Below are positions 14,201 to 23,141 of a stretch of DNA of 64,000 nucleotides, piece after piece (the stretch's first letter is position 1; each line of letters begins with the position of its first letter). The translations under genes and the position numbers were made by a program. The stretch comes from Antedon mediterranea. Its lineage: Eukaryota; Animalia; Echinodermata. The notes under the pieces were generated by a model, which saw nothing but the letters and a program-made list of their open reading frames with translations, made no database searches and was not told the DNA's origin. Location: contig NC_092672.1 in the NCBI RefSeq assembly GCF_964355755.1, positions 21,403,237 through 21,467,236 of the forward strand, read 5' to 3'.

Positions 14201-17200
14201 ATTTTCTTCTTTATCTGTTGATGATAATGATGATGAATATAGAAAATTTGATATATTGATATGATTTAAAAATGCTGATTTTGTATATTTAACAAAAATA
14301 AAGGTGTAACTTCTAGCGATGTTTCTTAGGACCATAACAGTACATAGATGTTTTTACATTTGAGAATGACATGTGCATCTTACTGTACTTTATTAACACT
14401 TTGACTCCCAGAGGTTTTTCCAGTTAGAAACTGCCACCGCCAGCGTTTATAGCCCAATTCGATGTTTTTATTAAAGCTGATTGAAACTATGTATGTGATC
14501 TGATTTACATGTAATTTAGACTAAAATAATCATAAAGATTTTAGCTTTACAATGGTACCAAGAACGATTTTCAAATCGCAATATGTAAATCGTAATAGTA
14601 AAATGAAAGTAACGCACTTTTTGAGTTTTTCGTAGTTTCGCGCAAGAAAGTCGAGATATTCGCGATTTTGGGCAAGACATCACAATATGAAACTAGATTT
14701 AATTCGTCACTATGATTATAGGTTATATGCATTGATTTAAATAAAGATAATTGATTTTTAAAAGATATATTGATTGACTGATTTTCTCAGAATCTTTAAT
14801 TATTTATAATATGATAGGACCTTGCTAACGCGAACACCATAGCCGGTATCACAATCCGATCAAAGATCCATATGCGTATAATGTCATAAACCACATTTGT
14901 TGTTACATAATAATAAAGACATAAGTTAATTTTTATCTAGATTTCATTATAAATCATGTGTATAATCTATACACTAAGAAATAAATTTGAACAAACAATA
15001 CAGATAATAAAAAAAAATCTTATTTCGTTTCCCAAGGTGAGACTCGATCTCGGTACCTTGAATGCCATAGACACGAGCACAGACCACCGAGCCATACACA
15101 ACTGACAAAAAGTTGTAGAAAAATTCCTCCGTGTATTTACTATGCAGTAACCACTTTGGTGCAAATAGATTATTACATACCGCAATGAATTATAATTTTT
15201 TACTATGATGACATCTTTAAAATGTAAACAAATGATGCACTGTCAAACTATATACTTTGATATATGAACTTTTGAAGGAAGAAAGTTAATGTTAAGTTTG
15301 TTATTTTAGCCTAAGAAAATGTCATAATTTGTTTGATTGTCGAAATTAATTTTTGTAAATGCAATTAATGAAAACTTAATCAACTTTTGTTCCCTTAATT
15401 TGATAATAAATCATACATATGATACATATACTTCAAGAAAATGAAATAAAAAATAGGTGTTCCCCAGCATTCTGACGATATATATTAATTTAAAAATTTA
15501 GCATATTTTCACCATTTTGTTAACTTATACGTGCGTAGCATGTCACTTTTGACGTGCTCGTATAACGCAATTTCGAGTTGAAAAGTGAATCAAATATGAT
15601 GATATTATTAAAGAAAGACTGTAAAACAGAAATCGGGCATAAAGAGTGCGCCTTAAACATTTAACGCGCAGTGCGCGTGCAAAAATTTTTTAAACGCCTA
15701 AAATTGCCTGAAACGTACTCTAATTTCATAGAAAATAAATGTTGACAATTTTGAACATTTTAAGCGCGCGTACGCAAGCGTTATATGCGCTACGCACGTA
15801 ATTGTATTGCCATATGATGAAATATGACCTGACATTTATGAGTACCAAATTTTGTTTAATTGTGATTCATGCTTGTGAAGATATGATTACAAACGTGATT
15901 TCGTTAAATTGCGCGTAGACCGCGTAATGTTTGATTGCGCACCGCGAAAACATAACCACATCGATTCCTGGCCATAAGGAATATACTCTGAAAAATTGAC
16001 TTAGTTAACTGATATCAAGATAATTGACGGACAAATAGTGCTAAGGAAAGAATAAATAAATAAATAAATAAAGAAATAAATAAATAAAGATTCTGACAGA
16101 ATCAAGAGGTTATATGCATGAATGCATGCATATAACCTAAATATCGCCCGGTGAGATCAACAAACAACAAAAAAGTTACTTACACGGCACCGGTAGGCCT
16201 ATAAAAACAAGTTATGTATTACATTTTATAAATCATAAATCTTACATCAATGTTTCGCCAAAATCCACATAGTAAAGACACCAGGCCTGGTTAACTAGGC
16301 CTAAGGTTGGTACGGAACCGTTTTACGACTAGGCCTAGGCTATAGCCTAGTTCTACTATAGCCTAGCTAGTAAACTGATGATAATATTCATACCATTTCT
16401 AAACAAGTTTGTTGCGTGAAACTCTGCCACTTACAGTGAAACACCAAAACAATTAGGGTATACATACAATAATAAAATAAAAGACTTCTTATTGAAAATT
16501 CATCCATTATTTTTTATTCAGATAACAAACAAACATGCCAATCCACATAAACCTTTGTAAATGCATCGGCGGCATAGCTAGCGCGCGACCGATACACAAT
16601 GCGCCAAACCATCGCTGTACGTGCTACTGTGATGCGCGGTATATGTTATTTCGACAGGTACCATTTTGACAATCGTTCGTAACCAGATTAGTTACTTTCG
16701 AAAGGTAAAATTTTCACGGTCCAGACCGAATTTAGTGTCCATATCTATAGTATATACCAATAATTAACCTATCTACCGGATTTCGTAAAAAAACGCGAAA
16801 AACAAAGATCTTCGTGTTTGGCAGTCAAGCGTTGTGTTTCCAAAAACGAAGATCTTCGTGTTTGGCAGTCAAAGTGTTAAAGATAAACATAATAATTACC
16901 AAATGCTTCAAGAATAGGATTTGAGTCTAATATTCTACGTTCAATGCAGTCTGCTGGTGATGGTGTAAAACCACTATGAACAAAAAAGACAACAAGTTAT
17001 CACAAATAAGTAACAAAACAGAGACAAATCTATAATTATGATGAAATAAAAACTGTAATTTTACATACATGAGAGTGTTTAATGATATTAAATTAAATGT
17101 GTTTATTTTTATTACCCAGGGTTACATACTGCCACCATTGTCAGATATTTTAGTAAACATCTTGCATTCCATGTCTGTAAAAAAATTGACTAAACTGCCT

Positions 17201-20200
17201 TTGTGAAAATGGGTTGCCAACATTCCCTCTTTGCACGTCTGGCAAGCATTTAGTGACATTCAATAAATGCTGATTTTGTAACAGTGTCCTTTGAAACAGT
17301 AAACAAAAATTATAGCACTCTCTATTACTTGTCCATGCTTTTAGCCTCTCTATTTTTATTCAAGTTTCGGCCTCTCTATTATTTCAAAATAAACAAGAAA
17401 TAGTTTTAAAGGTAAAAAGTTTACTCTGATTACATTGGTGAAAACAAACGTAAAACTGAAATTGTTGAATTACCTTTCCAGAACCACTTTCACCGCTGAC
17501 AATTATTGACTGATTAATCTTGTCTAGTCTTCTAGTAAGATTACACAAAGCTGTTTCTGCAATTCCAAATACATGTGGTGGGTGTGCCTGAAAAAAAAAA
17601 AAATAAAATAAAGATGTATATTCCCCAAAAAACATGAAAATGAGGATTAATAAAATCAAGCCATTTTGCTGTTTTAAAAAAGTTATTTATTTTAAAGAAA
17701 TAAAAACAAACAAATATAGTGTTTTTACTTTAAAAAAAGACAAAAATTAATTGTTAAACTTAACCAAATGTTAAAAAATTACAGTTTTTCAGGTAAATAA
17801 TGTTTTTTTTCCAATTTTTGGTCAAAGTGAATAACTACAGTATTATGTGACATAAAATAGCATATTCAGCAAAACAATTATCTTTTCAGAGGAGCTCTGC
17901 ATATATCTCTAAGTTCTCACTTCTAAGTGCAACTGAGGACATATTATTATTTTTGCCCAATATTGAAGATAAAGTGAAGTCAAGATTTTAATAGTGATGT
18001 CACCAACATATCAATTTTCCTAAAAATCAATAGTATACTAGCAAATCGTTGTTTACCTTTTGATCACTATGGTAACGATGAATCATATGAACATCAAAAT
18101 GTCCAGTTGCTTTGAAAGGATTTAAAGTAACAAGTGTGTTGCCAGTCTGAGTGTGGTATCTACCAGCTAAGTACCGCTCACGTAAACAGTTCAGCACTAT
18201 GAACAGAAAAACTTTAGTTAAGTAACAAGTGTGTTGCGAGTCTAAGTGTGGTATCTACCAGCTAAGTACCGCTCACGTAAACAGTTCAGCCCTATGAACA
18301 GAAAACATTAGGTTAAGTAACAAGTGTGTTGCCAGTTTGAGTGTGGTATCTACCCGCTAAGTACGCTCACGTAAACAGTTCAGCACTATGAACAGAAAAC
18401 ATTAGGTTAAGTAACAAGTGTGTTGCCAGTCTGAGTGTGGTATCTACCAGCTAAGTACTGCTCACGTAAACAGTTCAGCACTATGAACAGAAAAACTTAG
18501 GTTAAGTAACAAGTGTGTTGCCAGTCTGAGTGTGGTATCTACCAGCTAAGTACGCTCACGTAAACAGTTCAGCACTATGAACAGAAAACATTAGGTTAAG
18601 TACAGTAACAAGTGTGTTGCCAGTTTGAGTGTGGTATCTACCAGCTAAGTACCGCTCATGTAAACAGTTCAGCACTATGAACAGAAAACATTAGGTTAAG
18701 TAACAAGTGTGTTGCCAGTTTGAAGGTGGTATCTACCAGCTAAGTACCGCTCATGTAAACAGCTCAGCACTATGAACAGAAAACATTAGGTTAAGTAACC
18801 AACGTGTGTTGCCAGTATTTTGTCTAATTTTCTTCAAATTGTCCGCTGTTCTACTCTAAAAATGTATTAATACTGTAATTATAAAATGTTATTTTAAAGT
18901 GTTCTTTAATTGCAGGGAAATTTGAAGGAAATTGTTCAGTTGGATTCATCCAAATTGTGGTCTCTGATCTCTAATTAGAGGGAGGCAGCAGCTAATGGTA
19001 AAAGATAGGCGATCATCCGGCTTTAAATTAGATTGAGCTTTTAATTAAAGGGATCTTCAATAGGAGGAAGACCTGTATAGTACTAACAACCATTGAAACA
19101 TGTGTCTACTATTAATTCACTTACCAGCAGGTTCTGAGAGAGGATTAAGCAAAACAAGATCATCTGTATTGATCCAATCTGTTTGAGTACACAGCACTGG
19201 ATAGCCAGCATGACCACGTATCACAACCTCCTAGACAATGAAGTTACAAGCAATATTTAAAATACATTATATAGAATACTTAGTAGCAAGGTCGGGTTGT
19301 TGACATAGATGGTATGCTTCCCTCCCCTCCTTACCTCACAATTATATTTTGTGTCTATAATCTTGCCATCACTAAAACATGAATTAACACACGCTGGAAC
19401 CCAAACCTCTTACCTGGCCATTAGATTTAGTCACTATAATCTTGCCATCACTAAAACATGAATTAACACACGCTGGAACCCAAACCTCTTACCTGGCCAT
19501 TAGATTTAGTGACTATAATCTTGCCATCACTAAAACATGAATTAACACACGCTGGAACCCAAACCTCTTACCTGGCCATTAGATTTAGTGACTATAAACG
19601 TGCCATCACTAAAACATGAATTAACACACGCTGGAACCCAAACCTCTTACCTGGCCAATAGATTTAGTGACTATAATCTTGCCATCAATAAAACATGAAC
19701 TAACACACGCTGGAACCCAAACCTCTTACCTGGCCATTATATTTAGTGACTATAATCTTGCCATCACTAAAACATGAATTAACACACGCTGGAACCCAAA
19801 CCTCTTACCTGGCCATTAGATTTAGTGACTATAAACTTGCCATCACTAAAACATGAATTAACACACGCTGGAACCCAAACCTCTTACCTGGCCATTAGAT
19901 TTAGTGACTATAATCTTGCCATCACTAAAACATGAACTAACACACGCTGGAACCCAAACCTCTTACCTGGCCATTATATTTAGTGACTATAATCTTGCCA
20001 TCACTAAAACATGAATTAACACACGCTGGAACCCAAACCTCTTTTTCATCATGTATCCACACCATTAACCCCTGAAAGTACAGTAAACAGTTCATTATTC
20101 AATTCAATCAACTTTTATTATCCACAATCTGATTCTTTTGGTTGTGGCAGACTCACAAATGTAAACAAACATTTAAAACAAACATTTAAAATACACATGT

Positions 20201-22850
20201 ATACAAATTATTGCTAAAGAGTAATTTTTGTAAAGTCTAACAGCTTTCATAATAAATTATTCATTTGGAGCTTTGAGGACTAAAATATGTATTGAAAAGA
20301 GGATGTGTTTCATTTTGAAGGATCTAATAGTAATTATTCTGTATATAAATCTTTATGTTAAAACCATTCATGAATACGTACATGTGTGACGTTTCAACTT
20401 GTTTTTAACAAGTCAGGCAATGACTATTTGTAATTTGTAATAGTCTGTGATTTTCCTAAGTTCTTTGCCTTTTTAGGGGGCGCTAATCTACAACTAGCAA
20501 AGCTACAGCAGGGAATAATTTCGCCAGTGTAGCATAGCAAAAAGCTATACAAAACAACCTTCTTGCTACACATTTCTACAATTGTGTAGCAAAAAATACG
20601 ATAGAAAACTATGATTCTCGACTAAAAAATTAGTTTGGTTCGCAATATTGCTAAACAAAATTTTTCCCTGTACAGTACTCCTAGCAACTACTAACATCTA
20701 GTCAGTTGCCAGATGAAGACTTATTAAAAACAAGTTGAAACGTTGCACATGTACGTATTATTTTTAAACAATCTACTGACTTAAAGAAGGGCTAGATTAG
20801 ACAGATGGAATTAGTAAATTAACCAGCCAATGTGTGGGCAACCATTTCATTCCATGTTTTAATACCCTATGAATAACTGTGCCAAGTGTCAGAATGTTCA
20901 CTTCAGGTCTACTAAAGTAGGCCTACTACAGTATCATGACAGAGAGAATATCAACAGCATTTTCCTTTACCTTTTTGAAACGACATGCTGGTTTCTTTTT
21001 AACTTGTGGTGGAATGCATCTAGGCCTAGATTTAGTAATAATCTGAAAAAAATAGCGAAATGCTAAATTTTTACAAACAAATTTTTATGAACATATAACC
21101 ACTTGTGACCTAGCCTAGCTAGGAATTTAAATGGTCATTTGGCCCTATACTACTATTATAGCCTAGACAGGCCTGCCTACAGTACTAAGTACTAGGAACA
21201 GGCTTTTGCAGAAAAGTGTAGTCGGTCTGATTTGATTTGAATTGATTAGAAAATCATCATAAAAAATACATACAAAAGAAAGTGATAACATAAATTACTG
21301 ACATTACAAATAATACAATTATAAAAGATTTTGCAGGATAAAAGCTTAGGCCTAAATAAACATTCATCCCTTATAGTACCAAACAAATATTGACCAGAAC
21401 CAGCAATCAGCAACGCTCCATACCGAACACCCGATTTTATCGGAACCAAAATAAAACGTCGATTTTACCATATATCAAACATAAAACTACCGCATTGGGC
21501 CCTGCGCTAATACGATCGGGCCCAGCAAATGAGACGATAGAGACCAAACTGGTTCCTAACACATGAGACGATCGGGCCAACGCATGAGACGATCGGGACC
21601 ACATTTTCTGGGCCCAAGACGATCGGGCAGCAAATAAAAAAATTTTACTGTGATAACCGGCCTAGACTTAGGTTAGGCCTAATATAGTAATAATACGATT
21701 TCGATCCAAGTCGGCCCTAAACCGTCTCGGCCAAAGTCAAGTCGGCCCCAAGTAAACCCCAAGTCAAGTCGGCCCCATGTCAAGTCGGCCTCAAGTCAAC
21801 TCGGCCTCACGTCAACTCAGCCAAAAAATAATCGGTCAACTCGGCCCCATTAAAGTATGGAACGCAAAAAGTGCAAATGAAGGGGATTGATAAAATAATA
21901 TTTCTTCACAATTTTTTAACTATGAATAATTCTGACTTTTAATGAATATTAATATTTAGACAATAATATATTTAGCAACAAAAACAGGAATGATTTCACC
22001 AACTTTCCTTTATTTACGTTTAATAAAATTTCAAATTGCACAATTGAAAACAATTCGTAGCTGCGCCTCCCTGTGCGTTTGGCAGCTTTTTCGATATCTA
22101 CAACTGCTATGTGTTTTCGCTGACCGGGGGATTCCCCTTTATTTAAAACGCAAAGCATGGACAAAAACGATGTACGATCATTTTTTCTATGGCCAAATGT
22201 GATGGAACGTAGGCCTCCGTCTTCGATTTACTAAATGCAATAGGCCTACCTGCACATGTTTTTGTAACACGCGGGTACTTCTATTCATATCGGCAATGAG
22301 TTCATTTTTTTATATGATATTATTATATTATATTTTTTATTTCTTCATTTTTTAGAGTGGATAGGCCTAGGCCTAGTAATAATCATAATAACATTAAGTA
22401 CTTTTTGCGTTCCATACTTTATTGTGGCCGAGTTGACCGATTAGTTTTTGGCCGAGTTGACGTGAAGCCGAGTTGACTTGAGGCCGAGTTGACTTGAGGC
22501 CGAGTTGACTTGTGGCCGAGTTGACTTGTGGCCGACTTGACGTGGGGCCGACTTGACTTTGGCCGAGACGGTTGGGGCCGACTTGACCTGCACCCAATAA
22601 TACCCTACCCAGGCCTACCTACCTAGCCTAGGCTACTAGTACTAGCTAGGCTATGATAGCCTAGGAGTATATAGATAGGCTAGGCCTAGCCTCCTGGCCC
22701 TAGATTTATTGCACCTGACCTGCATTATCCTACATAATTGCCTGTATCTAGCCTAGCTAGGCGCCGCCTAGTAATTGCATTAATTTAGTAACTTACTTTT
22801 TTGCCTACTGGAATGTAATTATTGCTTTTTTCCATCAAAATAGTTGTCAT
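1723..22850 (-). CDS. MYO19: Unconventional myosin XIX (MYO19), about 23 coding exons; apparently disrupted in this copy (frameshift in exon 16, converter exon mostly missing)
   Basis: GT-AG exons with matching phases: 22797-22850, 20971-21042, 19967-20071, 19125-19230, 18057-18196, 17474-17587, 17116-17174, 16900-16973, 13535-13607, 13268-13370, 12445-12642, 11510-11597, 10369-10555, 9702-9891, 9234-9344, 8290-8462, 7277-7369, 5332-5385, 4636-4814, remnant 3932-3952, 2803-2929, 2561-2703, 1723-2205. Motifs: P-loop GESGSGK|TWNARCL (class XIX-type TW..RCL), switch [10 protein letters not shown], switch [11 protein letters not shown] (DVYGFE typical of class XIX), [11 protein letters not shown], three IQ-like motifs. 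Confidence 0.9.
2561..2929 (-). CDS. MYO19: MYO19 IQ-motif exons (2803-2929 and 2561-2703)
   Basis: [28 protein letters not shown]; phases 0/1/0. Confidence 0.85.
3469..3792. repeat. 36-bp minisatellite x9
   Basis: gcctaagtaataagactgcctagttcaccttacctt. Confidence 0.95.
3932..3952 (-). pseudogene. MYO19: MYO19 converter-exon remnant (IFLREGQ) with intact donor but no in-frame 5' part
   Basis: Matches the myosin (GKTK)IFLR.GQ motif; joined directly to a SINE-like repeat. Confidence 0.7.
3953..4240 (-). mobile_element. tRNA-derived SINE-like repeat
   Basis: Minus-strand A-box-like TGGTCTAATGG and B-box-like GGTTTGAATC at ~4065-4118; related partial copy on the plus strand at ~59790-59895. Confidence 0.55.
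4255..4430 (-). mobile_element. Short interspersed repeat (about 175 bp) carrying a hammerhead motif, TA-flanked; copy 1
   Basis: Second copy at 60098-60253. Confidence 0.7.
4388..4428 (-). ncRNA. Minimal type I hammerhead ribozyme motif
   Basis: Minus strand TTGCA-CTGATGA-A-GGGC-TAGTGTT-GCCC-GAAA-GC-TC-TGC: both core boxes, stem II, short stem I, palindromic AGCT in place of stem III. Confidence 0.7.
4636..4814 (-). CDS. MYO19: MYO19 exon 19 (PHYIRCIKP...[11 protein letters not shown]...GFPTR)
   Basis: SH1/SH2 region motifs. Confidence 0.92.
5332..5385 (-). CDS. MYO19: MYO19 exon 18 (loop 2, [18 protein letters not shown])
   Basis: TVVSKFK motif; splice sites. Confidence 0.88.
5507..6569 (+). 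mobile_element. MITE family A, copy 1 (CAGG termini, 5-bp TSD AACAT)
   Basis: TIR CAGGGCCGTAGCCAGG / CCTGGCTACGGGCCTG; near-identical inverted copy at 23375-24438. Confidence 0.88.
6601..7250. repeat. 21-bp minisatellite, about 30 copies
   Basis: tgttagtatggtgttactaca(t/g). Confidence 0.95.
7277..7369 (-). CDS. MYO19: MYO19 exon 17 ([14 protein letters not shown]...)
   Basis: Follows EKNK|D; 93 nt, phase 0/0. Confidence 0.88.
8290..8462 (-). CDS. MYO19: MYO19 exon 16, frameshifted (QCKLNR... / [13 protein letters not shown]...IEKNK)
   Basis: 173 nt between phase-0 junctions; the two conserved halves lie in different frames; TGA at 8367-8369. Confidence 0.8.
9107..9295. repeat. 83-bp tandem duplication spanning the MYO19 exon 15 donor
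   Basis: About 2.3 copies; donors at 9233 and 9150. Confidence 0.9.
9234..9344 (-). CDS. MYO19: MYO19 exon 15 ([21 protein letters not shown])
   Basis: Conserved EG..W...DN..C motif. Confidence 0.88.
9702..9891 (-). CDS. MYO19: MYO19 exon 14 (switch [26 protein letters not shown])
   Basis: Conserved motifs. Confidence 0.92.
10369..10555 (-). CDS. MYO19: MYO19 exon 13 (AAQLLGL...[11 protein letters not shown])
   Basis: RD.LAK.LY motif. Confidence 0.9.
10960..11452. repeat. 49-bp minisatellite x10
   Basis: cttaaaggtcgcaactactttaagctaaactataaatactgtatgcaat. Confidence 0.95.
11510..11597 (-). CDS. MYO19: MYO19 exon 12 ([13 protein letters not shown])
   Basis: ILHLGN motif. Confidence 0.9.
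11794..12331. repeat. 77-bp minisatellite x7
   Basis: agttcactgatgtttactgtccacatg...ggttcagtt. Confidence 0.95.
12445..12642 (-). CDS. MYO19: MYO19 exon 11
   Basis: 198 nt, phase 0/0, ...[17 protein letters not shown]. Confidence 0.85.
13268..13607 (-). CDS. MYO19: MYO19 exons 9 (13535-13607, switch I) and 10 (13268-13370, [10 protein letters not shown]...RNFHIFYQ)
   Basis: NSSRFGK and YLLEK motifs; phases consistent. Confidence 0.9.
14397..16876. mobile_element. TTAA-flanked non-autonomous TIR element (piggyBac-like)
   Basis: TTAA|CACTTTGACT...AGTCAAAGTG|TTAA; short subterminal duplication at ~16800-16872. Confidence 0.7.
15605..16140 (+). mobile_element. Possible Helentron/HINE-like insert
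   Basis: (AAAT)n microsatellite followed by terminal hairpin GGTTATATGCATG..CATGCATATAACC; left boundary approximate. Confidence 0.4.
16900..17174 (-). CDS. MYO19: MYO19 exons 7 (17116-17174) and 8 (16900-16973): [11 protein letters not shown] / [15 protein letters not shown]
   Basis: Conserved motor motifs; phases 0/2/1. Confidence 0.9.
17474..17587 (-). CDS. MYO19: MYO19 exon 6 (PPHVFGIAE...[14 protein letters not shown]-loop)
   Basis: Myosin P-loop; splice sites. Confidence 0.92.
18057..18196 (-). CDS. MYO19: MYO19 exon 5 (LNCLRERY...TLVTLNPFK...)
   Basis: Conserved motor motifs; phases 1/0. Confidence 0.88.
18125..18816. repeat. ~95-bp tandem array x7 spanning the MYO19 exon 5 acceptor
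   Basis: Unit = branch/pyrimidine tract/AG plus ~70 nt of exon. Confidence 0.93.
19125..19230 (-). CDS. MYO19: MYO19 exon 4 (...[14 protein letters not shown])
   Basis: Motor-domain start motif DDL..L..L.E; AG/GTAAGT boundaries. Confidence 0.85.
19331..20043. repeat. 79-bp tandem array x9 spanning the MYO19 exon 3 donor
   Basis: Unit = 75 nt of exon plus GTAA. Confidence 0.93.
19967..20071 (-). CDS. MYO19: MYO19 exon 3, myosin N-terminal SH3-like domain ([35 protein letters not shown])
   Basis: TTTCAG acceptor, CAG|GTAAG donor, 105 nt; VWIxDxxEVW resembles the myosin V N-terminal SH3-like fold. Confidence 0.8.
20971..21042 (-). CDS. MYO19: MYO19 exon 2 ([24 protein letters not shown])
   Basis: TTTTTTTCAG acceptor, GTAAAG donor, 72 nt open frame. 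Confidence 0.65.
21697..22594. mobile_element. MULE-like MITE with long TIRs made of ~19-bp tandem subunits
   Basis: Arrays of (caagtcaactcggcc) inverted at both ends; 8/9-identical 9-bp TSD taataatac/caataatac. Confidence 0.72.
22797..22850 (-). CDS. MYO19: MYO19 putative first coding exon ([18 protein letters not shown])
   Basis: ATG, 54 nt, GTAAGT donor, phase 0 matching the next exon; no homology support. Confidence 0.6.
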
Positions 22851-23141
22851 TTTGATAGGCGCGCCTCCTCTCTCACTTCCCCAAAACCAACAGTTCCTTT
22901 TTTTTTTTCAAAAACACCGCCGCGCGCCACCTATAATAAAAGTATCTAATAAAAAAATAAAAAAACCGCTGTGTACCGCCCTCTCTGTTATGACTCGGTG
23001 ACCTTAAAATAAACAACAGCTATTTAATTACACATGTTTTTTGCTATGATTTTTGCGATCAATCAATCAACAAGATAGAAGCCAAGCTTTAGCTAGGCTA
23101 CAGAACAGTAAGCATACAGTTACGTAGGCCTAGAAAATAAA
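22851..23141. promoter_or_regulatory. Putative bidirectional promoter between MYO19 and OGFOD2
   Basis: Divergent ATGs 291 bp apart; local CpG-rich motifs (ggcgcgcc, cgccgcgcgcc), CACTTCC and TATAATAA; inferred from position. Confidence 0.55.
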
